A stretch of DNA of 64,000 nt from Candidatus Daviesbacteria bacterium (GTDB taxonomy: Bacteria; Patescibacteriota; Microgenomatia; Daviesbacterales; UBA10151): positions 14,943 to 78,942 of the forward strand of contig JBEPVZ010000001.1 of NCBI GenBank assembly GCA_041690695.1, read 5' to 3'. The translations under genes and the position numbers were made by a program. Below the pieces are notes generated by a model. It did no database searches and was not told the DNA's origin. It saw nothing but the letters and a program-made list of their open reading frames with translations. Below are positions 27,666-37,080 of this stretch, piece by piece (the first letter of the stretch is position 1; each line of letters begins with the position of its first letter).

Positions 27666-28967
27666 ATGCCGTTGCCAATAAACAGCAAACTTATTAAACG
27701 ATACAATACGCCAATCGATGAAACGGTTATTTATGACCCATTGGCGCTAGTAACAAAAGCTAAGGGATCTTTTGTTTGGATTGAGGGACAGAGAGATCCA
27801 TATTTTGATCTTTTAATGAGTTACAGCTCTACTAACTTCGGGCATGTCAACAACGATATATTAAAATTTGTAAAAGACGCAGTAGAGAAATTTGATAATA
27901 TTATCGCATTTAATTCTGCTGCAAAAGTTGGATTAAGCAAAAAACTAGTTGACCTTTTACCCTACCCAGACAATAAGATACCGTATTTCCCTGTTGGTGG
28001 AACCAAGGCTATTGATGCTGCTATTAAACTAGCAAAAGCGTATACAGGAAAAGATGTCATAATTGCTTTTTCAGGAGACTTTCACGGTTATAGTTATGCT
28101 GCAATGTCCGTGACAGATAGTGAATATATAGAAAAATCACAATTTGGCTCATATCCTGGAAAGGTAAAACAATTTCCATTCCCTCATAGGCTCACGTTGA
28201 ACTCTTCAGAAGTGGTAAAAAATATATTAGCTAGCATTGAGAATTATTTACAAATAAATCACCATAAAGTCGCTGCCGTTATTTTTGAGCCAATACAAGG
28301 AGCTGCCGGATTTCTTATTCCTCCCGATGGGTTCTTAAAAAAATTAATTTCACTAGCACAAAAGTATGGTGTGCTTACAATCTGTGATGAAATACAAACC
28401 GGTGTCTATAGAACAGGTACATTTTACTATGTTAATCAACTTGATCTTAATCCGGACATTATTTTATTAGGAAAATCATTAGCCGGAGGTTACTATCCGT
28501 TGAGCGCGGTTATTGCGAATAAAATCATATTTGAATCAGTCGATCCAAAACATTCAGGTTTTGACTCAACTTTTGCTACAAATCTTCTTGGTATTGAAAT
28601 CGCGCACCAAGTAGTGGAATATGCTGAAAAAAAGAATCTATCTAAAGTTGTCCAAACAACAGGAAATATTATTTCATCAAAATTAAGATCCTTACTAAAT
28701 AATTTTAATTTTATTAAAGATTTTGATAGTATTGGCATGGCTTACGGCTATAGAGTTGAAGCACCATCAAAAAAAAGAGAAGACAATTCAGCTCTAGCCA
28801 CAAAAATTAAAAAAGAGGCATTTAATAACCACTTAATTATACAAACTGCAGGTTTATATGGTGATCACATGAAGCTGTCACCAAATTTTTTTATCACCCA
28901 AGAAGAAATAGATTCATTTATTACAGAATTCACATTGGTTTTAAAAAAAGTATATAGTGAAATCTGA
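27666..28967 (+). CDS. class-III PLP aminotransferase (EctB/Dat/GabT-like)
   Basis: NFGH, FHGYS, FEPIQGAAG, DEIQTG.YRTG, GKSLAGG. Confidence 0.88.
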   Translation: MPLPINSKLIKRYNTPIDETVIYDPLALVTKAKGSFVWIEGQRDPYFDLLMSYSSTNFGHVNNDILKFVKDAVEKFDNIIAFNSAAKVGLSKKLVDLLPYPDNKIPYFPVGGTKAIDAAIKLAKAYTGKDVIIAFSGDFHGYSYAAMSVTDSEYIEKSQFGSYPGKVKQFPFPHRLTLNSSEVVKNILASIENYLQINHHKVAAVIFEPIQGAAGFLIPPDGFLKKLISLAQKYGVLTICDEIQTGVYRTGTFYYVNQLDLNPDIILLGKSLAGGYYPLSAVIANKIIFESVDPKHSGFDSTFATNLLGIEIAHQVVEYAEKKNLSKVVQTTGNIISSKLRSLLNNFNFIKDFDSIGMAYGYRVEAPSKKREDNSALATKIKKEAFNNHLIIQTAGLYGDHMKLSPNFFITQEEIDSFITEFTLVLKKVYSEI

Positions 28968-29017
28968 ACTATATACTTTTCCTCAATTTATCCTTGAAAT
29001 ATTTGTAAATTTAATAA

Positions 29018-29146
29018 TCATTCCCCAAACACCCCTTGAATAGATATTTCTTCTTTGTGGTATATAAAACCAAGTTTCTTTAATTTTTCATAAGTTTCCA
29101 TCAGACTTGGATAAATCTGGTTCCACCTGAGGGCAAGCTCACCAGC
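29018..29146 (-). pseudogene. att-like half-site with an orphan C-terminal tail reading frame (putative serine recombinase remnant)
   Basis: Minus frame without a start codon, AGELALRWNQIYPSLMETYEKLKKLG...*; joins in frame to LPLFVLK next to tRNA-Gln across the shared CAGC. Confidence 0.5.
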
Positions 29147-29148
29147 CC

Positions 29149-29171
29149 GAGTCTCGCTTAGCGGGACGAGG
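29149..29171 (+). repeat. short hairpin repeat, copy 1
   Basis: GAGTCTCGCTTAGCGGGACGAGG; 20/23 identical to the reverse complement of 52652-52674. Confidence 0.65.
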
Positions 29172-29298
29172 TCCAGATAGTGTAGCGATCTGGATATCTT
29201 AATTCCAAATCTCCCGTTACCTTAAATTAATTTATCCTATAATATTTGATCTTTAGGAGACTTAAGTCTATAATTAGCCGAAATTATAAAGGTTAATT

Positions 29299-30363
29299 AT
29301 GGATGTAGAAAAAAGATCAGGCTTTTCTGAGCCCCAACCCCCAATATCGCTCCTAAGTCGATCAAATCGACGGGACTTTCTTCGGTTGCTTGGTGCAACT
29401 AGTCTTGGGGTTGCCGCCAGTGGAGCTTTTAGGGTTTTGAATCCAGAAATACCAAGGACTGCTGAAATTACTCCAGCCGAACTCGATCGTACTAACCGAC
29501 TTTTTTTGGGTAGGGAGATCCTGGCTTTGCCAGATTCAGCAATTAAAGGGAGCTTAATTAGCCGGATGTTGCCTCTACTCGAAGATAATCCATCAAAGGA
29601 AATTATGTTAGGTGGGATGTCTATTCGGGTTCAACCAATTAAAGTGATGATTGGAGAATCAACAAACTCGGAGATTCAAGGATCATCGGATATGTGGGAG
29701 GATGATTCTCCAGTAGTTTATTTTAACTCTGATCAAAGACTGAAAATGCCTTATCTTGGTTTAGTGAAACCGGAAGAGCGAAGTAGTTTTTCAACCGATA
29801 ATAGCGGTACTGCCTTTCTTGATAGTAGTGTTTCGGTTGGAGATTCACTTATACCTGATTTAACGCCATATATTAAAGTTACGATACCTCAACAGGCTGG
29901 ACGTTCAGAAAATCTGCGTTGGGTAGATCAAGAAATAAAAAAGTTTGTAGCAGTTAAAGAAGTTATTTCGCTTTGGCTAATCGCCCTTTTTATAGAAGCC
30001 ACAATTAATAAAATGAAAGCTTTGAATATGTCGACGATGGCAGAAGTCAATCTTCCAGGAATGAAACCATATTCCACCGAATTTGTGACCGGGGCGTTAA
30101 AGGTTATTGATCGTCACGTTGGTCGATTACTTTTATCTTTAGATATCGGTGCAACTGTTGCAACTTTGAAAGCTTATCAAGGAACAGCCATGATTCCTTT
30201 AATTACTCGGAGTGACTCTCGATTAGCGACGGCAAATAGCCAGGTTGCCAAAATTGATCTGGGAAATAACGAACAGGATATTTTATTTAATTCCTTAAAA
30301 TTGGCTTATACTGATCATAAATTATTAGTTGTGCCACATCACGGCAGCCTACAGTTTCCTTAA
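29299..30363 (+). CDS. hypothetical protein with an N-terminal RRxFL plus hydrophobic segment
   Basis: 354-aa ORF; SNRRDFLRLLGATSLGVAA. Confidence 0.6.
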   Translation: MDVEKRSGFSEPQPPISLLSRSNRRDFLRLLGATSLGVAASGAFRVLNPEIPRTAEITPAELDRTNRLFLGREILALPDSAIKGSLISRMLPLLEDNPSKEIMLGGMSIRVQPIKVMIGESTNSEIQGSSDMWEDDSPVVYFNSDQRLKMPYLGLVKPEERSSFSTDNSGTAFLDSSVSVGDSLIPDLTPYIKVTIPQQAGRSENLRWVDQEIKKFVAVKEVISLWLIALFIEATINKMKALNMSTMAEVNLPGMKPYSTEFVTGALKVIDRHVGRLLLSLDIGATVATLKAYQGTAMIPLITRSDSRLATANSQVAKIDLGNNEQDILFNSLKLAYTDHKLLVVPHHGSLQFP

Positions 30364-30494
30364 CTCAACAAAAGTGGTTGTGCACTCCAAAATGGCGAAC
30401 TGTTCAAATAGATTAATTAAAACTGAGATGATTCCCAGTTAAACAAGTTTCCAAATCCTCAACCATTCTTGGCAAAAAAATATTCGATACATAT

Positions 30495-31001
30495 TTAAAT
30501 TTCAGCTACGGTCGGATCAAGGCTGGCTACAGTGATACCAGTAACAGAGATCGCTCCTTCTGAAAGCTTCCGTCCTCTTGCCGGCCCATAAATTTCTTCA
30601 TACTGACCAATAAATGAAAAAATAAGCCCTAAATAGCGACTCTGGCCACCTACTTCTAACCGGTCCCATAACCATTGAAGTCTATCTTCGGGATATTTAT
30701 CAATAGCCGTCTTATACCTTTGAATATCTATCTCTCCAACCTCGAGTTGCCGACCTTCAGATTCCAGTTGCATTGTAACTAAATCGTAGGCAACTGCTGC
30801 TCCTAAACCCCAACTCATATGCTGTCCTGACTCCATACCCCGAACACCAACAAAACGGTGAAGGGAGGGATGTCTTTCCTGCATTCTGAGTAGTTGACCA
30901 AAATGATAAGATTCACTTTCGCTGGCAGCCCTTCTTAACCTGGATAGAGCAAAAGCTTCATTTTCTTCTGCAATCTCCAAAACCTTTCTTTCAATTGACA
31001 T
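30495..31001 (-). CDS. hypothetical protein
   Basis: 168-aa ORF; TATAAT 8 nt upstream of the ATG. Confidence 0.55.
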   Translation of the reverse strand: MSIERKVLEIAEENEAFALSRLRRAASESESYHFGQLLRMQERHPSLHRFVGVRGMESGQHMSWGLGAAVAYDLVTMQLESEGRQLEVGEIDIQRYKTAIDKYPEDRLQWLWDRLEVGGQSRYLGLIFSFIGQYEEIYGPARGRKLSEGAISVTGITVASLDPTVAEI

Positions 31002-31118
31002 ATTGGGGAATTATAGTTAGAGAAGTCACTTGAGTCAATTTACGGTATTAACTAATCAACCCACGACTGAATGACTTCTTACATATTTTTTATAAAAGAG
31101 TAGTAAAATAGTTTAATT

Positions 31119-32024
31119 ATGCAAAGAATTGTTCCTAATTTTTGGTTTGACCATAACGCTGAGGAAGCTGTTGATTTTTATCTTTCAGTCTTTAAGGACA
31201 GCAAAATCAAGGCAACGTTCCATTATCCAAAAACTGAAGAAGAAGGATTAGCTGACTTTCAAACAGATTTAGCTGGAAAAGTGTTAACTATCGATTTTGA
31301 AATAAGCGACTATAGTTTTACGGCGATTAATGCCGATACGACATTTAAGCCGACTCCATCAATATCATTTTTTTACACCTGTGATACAAAACAAGAAATT
31401 GATGAATTATGGGAAAAACTATCAAATGATGGGAAAACATTGATGGATCTTAATAAATATCCATTTAGTGAATATTATGGTTGGGTACAAGATAAATTTG
31501 GCTATACTTGGCAGCTTATTTTAAACAATGCTCAAGGTGATAAAAGACCAAAAATTGTACCTTCACTTATGTTTACGAAAGATAGAGACGGACAAGCCCA
31601 GGATGCAATGAAGTTTTATACCTCGGTCTTTAAAGACAGTGATATAAGTAAAAACCTTAATTATTATCCCTCAGATATACCTGATAGAGAAGGTAAGATT
31701 TCTTATGCTGATTTTCGACTGTTTGATCAATGGTTTGCGGTTATGGATGGCGGAAAAGATCATGATTTTAGTTTCAGTCCGGCAATTTCACTGATGGTAC
31801 GATGCAAAGATCAAGAAGAGATCGATTATTACTGGGAAAAACTATCAGCAAATCCGGATTTTGAACAATGTGGTTGGCTTGAAGACAAATATAGTGTTAA
31901 TTGGCAAATTGCACCTGAGAATATAGATGAATTGATAAGGCTGCCTGGGGCATACAAAAGTATGATGAGTATGAAAAAGCTTGATATCGCAGGACTACAA
32001 GAAGCTGATAAAAATGACGAATAA
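31119..32024 (+). CDS. VOC/PhnB-family protein (two 3-dmu-9_3-mt-type domains)
   Basis: Duplicated P.LWF...AEEA..FY.SVF and GW.QDKFG..WQ motifs. Confidence 0.88.
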   Translation: MQRIVPNFWFDHNAEEAVDFYLSVFKDSKIKATFHYPKTEEEGLADFQTDLAGKVLTIDFEISDYSFTAINADTTFKPTPSISFFYTCDTKQEIDELWEKLSNDGKTLMDLNKYPFSEYYGWVQDKFGYTWQLILNNAQGDKRPKIVPSLMFTKDRDGQAQDAMKFYTSVFKDSDISKNLNYYPSDIPDREGKISYADFRLFDQWFAVMDGGKDHDFSFSPAISLMVRCKDQEEIDYYWEKLSANPDFEQCGWLEDKYSVNWQIAPENIDELIRLPGAYKSMMSMKKLDIAGLQEADKNDE

Positions 32025-32085
32025 TATTCTGTGACCTTCGGTACTAAATAGACTATCTCAAAACTGTTTTTGGTATAATCACTTC

Positions 32086-32307
32086 ATGGAAGACTTAGTA
32101 GTTGTTAAAATATTTAATACTCGTATCGAAGCGGAGATTGCTAAAGGTTTACTAGAAGCAAATAAGATAGACTCAATAATCCAGGCTGATGATGAGGGTG
32201 GAATGGCTCCATTTCCTTTTAAACCGACTTCTATGGGTATCAGATTGCTTATTAAACAAAGTGATCTTCAAAAGGCAGAAAAATTATTAAAAGCAAGAAA
32301 GTTATAA
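32086..32307 (+). CDS. DUF2007-like putative signal-transducing protein
   Basis: EAEIAKGLLEANKI...IRLLIKQSDLQKAEKLL. Confidence 0.75.
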   Translation: MEDLVVVKIFNTRIEAEIAKGLLEANKIDSIIQADDEGGMAPFPFKPTSMGIRLLIKQSDLQKAEKLLKARKL

Positions 32308-32314
32308 TCAACTT

Positions 32315-33007
32315 ATGCCAGAGATGGATCTTTTAAATAGCGGCTTAGAAAAAACTAATTGGTGGGTGGTGACCGGTGGTCCATCATCGGGTAAAAGTAC
32401 ATTATTAACTTATATGGCATTCAAGGGGCATCGAGTAATTCCAGAAGCAGCCCGAGTTTTAATCGACCTTAAGCTGAGCCGTGGCCAAACTTTAGCCCAA
32501 ATTCGCCAAGACGAAAGTCTTTTTCAAGATCAGGTTTTTGATATGAAAGCTGGATTGGAAAGTCAGTTATCTCCCAATCAAGAAGCTTTACTCGAGAGGG
32601 GTTCACATGGGGATACTCTTGCTTATAAGCTACTCGGAATGATCTGGCCGGACAAAGAACACACTCCACCAGCTGACTACTCACGAAGATCAGGAATTCT
32701 CGATAGAATAGAATCTACCGATTTTCTAGGTAGACCCGAAACAACCTATATTCTTAAAAGACAGTATGCTGGGGTTTTTATCCTTAACCGTTTACCTTTT
32801 GTGAAGGATTATGCTCGGACTGAAGACGATCTTCAAGCCGAGAGGATTGACAAGCTGCTGCATTATAGCTATCGTCTACTTGGTTATCAGCCAATTGATG
32901 TACCAGTAGCGCCGGTTGATCAACGTGCCAACTTTATACGAAGACATATTCAGATATTGAAGACTGAGAGCGTAAAAGATTGCGAGCAATTGCTCAAACG
33001 ATGGTAA
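32315..33007 (+). CDS. AAA_28/NadR-type P-loop ATPase
   Basis: VVTGGPSSGKST, IPEAAR, D..RTED, Y..LGY. Confidence 0.8.
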   Translation: MPEMDLLNSGLEKTNWWVVTGGPSSGKSTLLTYMAFKGHRVIPEAARVLIDLKLSRGQTLAQIRQDESLFQDQVFDMKAGLESQLSPNQEALLERGSHGDTLAYKLLGMIWPDKEHTPPADYSRRSGILDRIESTDFLGRPETTYILKRQYAGVFILNRLPFVKDYARTEDDLQAERIDKLLHYSYRLLGYQPIDVPVAPVDQRANFIRRHIQILKTESVKDCEQLLKRW

Positions 33008-33008
33008 G

Positions 33009-33116
33009 ATGAGAAAAATAATAACTACTACATTTATTACTCTTGACGGTGTTATGCAGGCTCCAGACGGGCCGGAGGAAGATACTTCAGATGGATTTGC
33101 TTATGGGGGTTGGCAG
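33009..33116 (+). pseudogene. 108-bp copy of the 5' end of the DHFR-family gene at 36437
   Basis: 99/108 nt identical to 36437-36544; encodes MRKIITTTFITLDGVMQAPDGPEEDTSDGFAYGGWQ. Confidence 0.9.
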
Positions 33117-36100
33117 TTGACTATTCACTGTTTTTTTCGTTCTTATTAAAACAACTGATAATACTATTATAATTAACGCCATCACACCTGTGACTCCTAT
33201 TACGAGAGGAGAAAATGAATTTGTAGGTTTTACTACAACATTGACACTGAACTCTTTTTCGCTACCCGTCAGATTAAGTGATTCTTCTCCTTTGAAATTC
33301 CCATAGGCAATGAGTAGTTGATGATTTCCTGACTCGACATTATGAAAAGTAGCTACACCATTCTTGTCAGTCGTAGTCGTTTGTGGTGTTGAGTGAAGGG
33401 TTACCATTGCCCCAGCAACAGGCTGTTTATTTGTATCAGTAACTTTTATATTTACATCGTGTACCAGTACTTGATTACTACTATTACCTGTAGAACTACT
33501 TGGAGACATTTGATCTGAAGCGCTTTGAATTTTTAAATCCCATCCAATATTTAAGTTCGCGGATGAGCTAAGAGAGGGATACTCATCTTGATTGTCTTTA
33601 ATAATTTGCGCTATTTCTTCTGGAATAGTGATCTGGAGATCGTTTGTTTGTATTACGAACGAAGCAATAGACCAGAGACTATCTCCTGGCTGGACTTTAT
33701 ACGACGTGCTATTGCCCAATGGAATATTTGCAACTGGTTGCACCGTTGTTGATACAAAAGGTGTTGAACTACCAAACAGATTATTTCCGTTTGTTGTCGC
33801 CGATATTTCATTTGACCAAGTGCCCGGAGCACAACCATTAGCAGCTTGAATTCTAAAATAATACGTAGTATTCGCAGCAAGGCTTGAGACTAATGCAGTT
33901 CTAGCGCCACTTCCTCCAATATTTTGGGAACCGTAGGGATAATTTCCAGAAGTTGTTCCATACTGAAGAATATAATGATCCAGAGGTCCATCTGCACTGG
34001 CAAAGTATAAGAGTATATTCTGACTATCTTGAGCGTTGGCGGCATATAGCCAAGGCGCTTTTGCACCAGGTGATGGGTTTCCACAAGATGGTGTGGTCGT
34101 ATCGGAAGATGAAGAATTTGAGGATGAAGCTGAAGTAGGCGTTGGGGTTGCAGTTGGAGCTATTGCCACAAAAATATCTATAGCACCATTATTAAACTGA
34201 CTAGCTGATGCTCCACTTGCAACAAGTGGTTTCATTAACTTCACGTACGCTATTTGATTTCCTGTATCAACGTAGGTAAGATAATCAGTATTTTTTGTTA
34301 ATGATGTTGATCCAATTTTCACTGTAGGATCTACGAGTGAGGTGTAATTAGCAATTTTATAGATATTGATCCAGCGCTCTGTCACATTACCCGTGATCGT
34401 AGGAGTAAAGAGTACTTCGTTACCTGAGGCGGTCATTTGATAGGCTGCTTCATCGTAACTAAAGCTACTCATGGATCCTGTTGTCATAATCCCTGATGTA
34501 TCGGGATTTAAATAGTCTGCTGCTATTGAAATAGCGTCACCGGAAGTCAGATTTTTATCTAGTACTTGTAAGTAATAAAATGTTTTTGTTGTTAAAGCAG
34601 AGAAATTAGCAATTGTTGCATATTCATATACTTTTAGGCGAGAAGTATTTTGATCGTAATCCACGACGTTACTTGAGCCACCATTACTCGTCAGTTTCGT
34701 TTTTATTACGGTCTCAACACCTGTAGATATTCCACTGGCATTTTTAGGGGTGATATAGACATAATCAGGGTTTGTACTTGTCAGTGTCGGCCAGCCAACT
34801 GTATTGGAGCCACCTACTGTACCATATCCTCCATTGGAAAAATCCCACACGTTCTCTCCTACTTCTTGCAATCCACCGATAAGGGTCACTTCAAGAGAGT
34901 CGGCAGCCCCAAGTGTAATTGCTGACCCACTCGGATTTGTTGCGTCGACTCTATCAGCTATAAATCCAGGATTTCCTGGGTAAATTGCTGTCTTAACAAG
35001 ATAATTAAATCCATTGGCGTCTGTTCCGGAGGTAGGAACCGTTCCACTATAATAACGTCTGAAGCCCGTTCCTGTCGGTGTTTGTTCGGCTAGAGTGTAG
35101 GCCGAAGACTCTGTTCCAAGATACGTTCCCGACCTGTTGGTTAACCAATGAATAAAACCATCGGGAATAGTTGTTGCTAAGCTAGTTTGGTTAATACTTG
35201 TGGTATTGCTTGCGATCTCATACCAGGGAGAGATTATTGCACCCCCATATGTAGGAATAAGTCCCACTTGCCATCCGTCCCCAGAACTATTTGTCCAGTG
35301 AATATCTGTTTCTGCCTGGTTGTTGCTAAAGCCTCCGGATATACCGCTTTGGGTTTGGGATGTTACGACCAATCCTGGTGCTGCCGTTGGGGTAGGCGTA
35401 GGAGTGGGTGTGCTAGTAGGGGCGGCGGTACTTGTAGGGGTCGGAGTACTCACAACATTGTCTCCGACTGAAAAGTTATCGATAACCCAACCCGTTGAAC
35501 CTGCAAAACCTTTAATCCCGGCTTTTCCTGCTGCAAGAGGTGAGGTGTCAGTTACTTGTCCCGTCCAGCTAGCTGGTTCTGCTGTCCCGTCCTGCCATAC
35601 TTTAATAGAAAGGATGGCATTACTTCCTGATGTTGCTACATTAAACCGTATCCAATAAAACGTGTTATTTGCTTCCGAGAGTGCCACTGTAGTGGAAAAT
35701 GGTTTCGTGCTGACTCCAGCTTGTGTTTTTAATATATCAACTTCACCCGTTGCACCATTTGCTCCAAAGCCTGCAGCATAGGTATTATTTATATCTGTAA
35801 ACCGTAACATGATACGCCCACCATCTGTAACAATTTGATTACTCTCATAGCGTACAAGACTATCAGCAGTAGAGATCGAGGTACTTCCCAATGTTAATAG
35901 CTGGCTTGCCCCTGAGTTGATAACGCGTCCTTCGTTAGCATTGACAGAAACATTGGCAGCCGTACCACTTTGTAGCGTCCAGGCGTTCCCATCTGTAGCT
36001 GTTCCCCAACCATTTGCAACATTTGATCGTGTAAATGTATCTTGAAGAAGAACGGAGCCCGTTACGTCTGGATTTGTTGCGTATGCTTTTTCAACAAGCA

Positions 36101-36221
36101 CAAGCGAAAAGAAAAAGAGTGTACTCATGAACATTAGAAGGAGAAAAACTGTGCTAAAAATAACTTTTTTGTAAAAGATAAAAGTGGACTTAATTCGTCC
36201 ATTTTTTAGGGGGATGACCAT
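33087..36221 (-). CDS. large surface protein: lectin-like beta-sandwich, PT linkers, FN3, LysM, carboxypeptidase-regulatory-like domain, TM anchor
   Basis: Signal/TM segment; TTYYFRIQAANGC FN3; YKVQPGDSLWSIA LysM; C-terminal module paralogous to that of 11564-13636. Confidence 0.75.
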   Translation of the reverse strand: MVIPLKNGRIKSTFIFYKKVIFSTVFLLLMFMSTLFFFSLVLVEKAYATNPDVTGSVLLQDTFTRSNVANGWGTATDGNAWTLQSGTAANVSVNANEGRVINSGASQLLTLGSTSISTADSLVRYESNQIVTDGGRIMLRFTDINNTYAAGFGANGATGEVDILKTQAGVSTKPFSTTVALSEANNTFYWIRFNVATSGSNAILSIKVWQDGTAEPASWTGQVTDTSPLAAGKAGIKGFAGSTGWVIDNFSVGDNVVSTPTPTSTAAPTSTPTPTPTPTAAPGLVVTSQTQSGISGGFSNNQAETDIHWTNSSGDGWQVGLIPTYGGAIISPWYEIASNTTSINQTSLATTIPDGFIHWLTNRSGTYLGTESSAYTLAEQTPTGTGFRRYYSGTVPTSGTDANGFNYLVKTAIYPGNPGFIADRVDATNPSGSAITLGAADSLEVTLIGGLQEVGENVWDFSNGGYGTVGGSNTVGWPTLTSTNPDYVYITPKNASGISTGVETVIKTKLTSNGGSSNVVDYDQNTSRLKVYEYATIANFSALTTKTFYYLQVLDKNLTSGDAISIAADYLNPDTSGIMTTGSMSSFSYDEAAYQMTASGNEVLFTPTITGNVTERWINIYKIANYTSLVDPTVKIGSTSLTKNTDYLTYVDTGNQIAYVKLMKPLVASGASASQFNNGAIDIFVAIAPTATPTPTSASSSNSSSSDTTTPSCGNPSPGAKAPWLYAANAQDSQNILLYFASADGPLDHYILQYGTTSGNYPYGSQNIGGSGARTALVSSLAANTTYYFRIQAANGCAPGTWSNEISATTNGNNLFGSSTPFVSTTVQPVANIPLGNSTSYKVQPGDSLWSIASFVIQTNDLQITIPEEIAQIIKDNQDEYPSLSSSANLNIGWDLKIQSASDQMSPSSSTGNSSNQVLVHDVNIKVTDTNKQPVAGAMVTLHSTPQTTTTDKNGVATFHNVESGNHQLLIAYGNFKGEESLNLTGSEKEFSVNVVVKPTNSFSPLVIGVTGVMALIIIVLSVVLIRTKKTVNSQLPTPISKSI

Positions 36222-36436
36222 GTAATACTGTGTATATGATAGTAGGGTTTTTCTAGTAGAAGGTCAAGTAAAAATTATGAATTATCCCTTTTTGAAACTC
36301 TAAAAGACCAAGTGGGGGACATTATACACGATGCTTCTAAAGTTTAATGTTTAACTTATTTTTACGCCCTAGCAGTATTTTTAGCCTTAAAATCTAATGA
36401 TTTTCAATAAACTAACGGTGTAGTAGAATTGTTTAG

Positions 36437-37048
36437 ATGAGGAAAATAATAACTACTACATTCATTACCCTTGACGGTGTTATGCAAGCGCCCGGTGGGC
36501 CGGAGGAAGATACTTCAGATGGATTTGCTTATGGAGGTTGGCAGCTTGGCTGGGACGAATCTGACCCAATAGCGGAGAAAATTCTGGAAGGTTTTATGAC
36601 CGCTCCTTTTGAGCTGCTTTTAGGCAGACGGACTTATGATATTTTTGCCTCTTACTGGCCAAATCATGAAGAGATAGAGCAGGTCGCGAAACCATTCAAT
36701 AGCACCAAAAAATATGTTGTCTCACATGAATCTTTTAAACCGTCCTGGAATAATTCAACGCTTATTACCGGAGATGTGGTCACAGAGATAAAAAAGCTTA
36801 AAGAGTTAGACGGTCCAGACCTAGTAGTCTGGGGGAGTGGCAACCTTATCCAAACACTACTTAAGCACAATCTCATCGATCGCATGCAGATATTGACCTA
36901 CCCTATTACGATTGGCACTGGCAAAAAATTATTCGCCGAAGGCACACTTCCTGAGCGCTTTAAACCAGTAGATTCAAAAATCACCTCGACAGGTGTAGTG
37001 TTTGCTACCTACGAACCAGCAGAGCCACTCAAACCAAGGTCGTTATAA
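36437..37048 (+). CDS. dihydrofolate reductase-family (RibD C-terminal-like) protein
   Basis: ITLDGVMQAPGG, LLGRRTYD, VWGSGNL, PITIGTGKKLF. Confidence 0.9.
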   Translation: MRKIITTTFITLDGVMQAPGGPEEDTSDGFAYGGWQLGWDESDPIAEKILEGFMTAPFELLLGRRTYDIFASYWPNHEEIEQVAKPFNSTKKYVVSHESFKPSWNNSTLITGDVVTEIKKLKELDGPDLVVWGSGNLIQTLLKHNLIDRMQILTYPITIGTGKKLFAEGTLPERFKPVDSKITSTGVVFATYEPAEPLKPRSL

Positions 37049-37080
37049 AGTTATTAGTATACTTTCGATTAATACTCAAT

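Larger units (their letters stand above)
21522..29146. mobile_element. integrase-less genomic island at the tRNA-Gln 3' end carrying a biosynthetic cluster
   Basis: Left border tRNA end GGTTC-N14-CAGC; right border GGTTC-N19-CAGC (29119-29146); no recombinase ORF is retained. Confidence 0.6.

Noticed and set aside
21860-28967. Calling the island an ectoine, lysine or norspermidine operon
   Set aside because: ectA/ectC, dapA/dapB/lysA and carboxynorspermidine dehydrogenase/decarboxylase are absent from the cluster.
29299-29430. Twin-arginine-like signal RRDFL suggesting Tat export
   Set aside because: No tat genes are in the window, and the motif may simply be the basic flank of a membrane anchor.
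30375-30415. GTGCACTCCA...GTTCAAA resembling the reverse complement of the tRNA-Leu att repeats
   Set aside because: Similarity is limited to about 10 nt, the spacing does not fit the +5 rule and no partner tRNA is evident.
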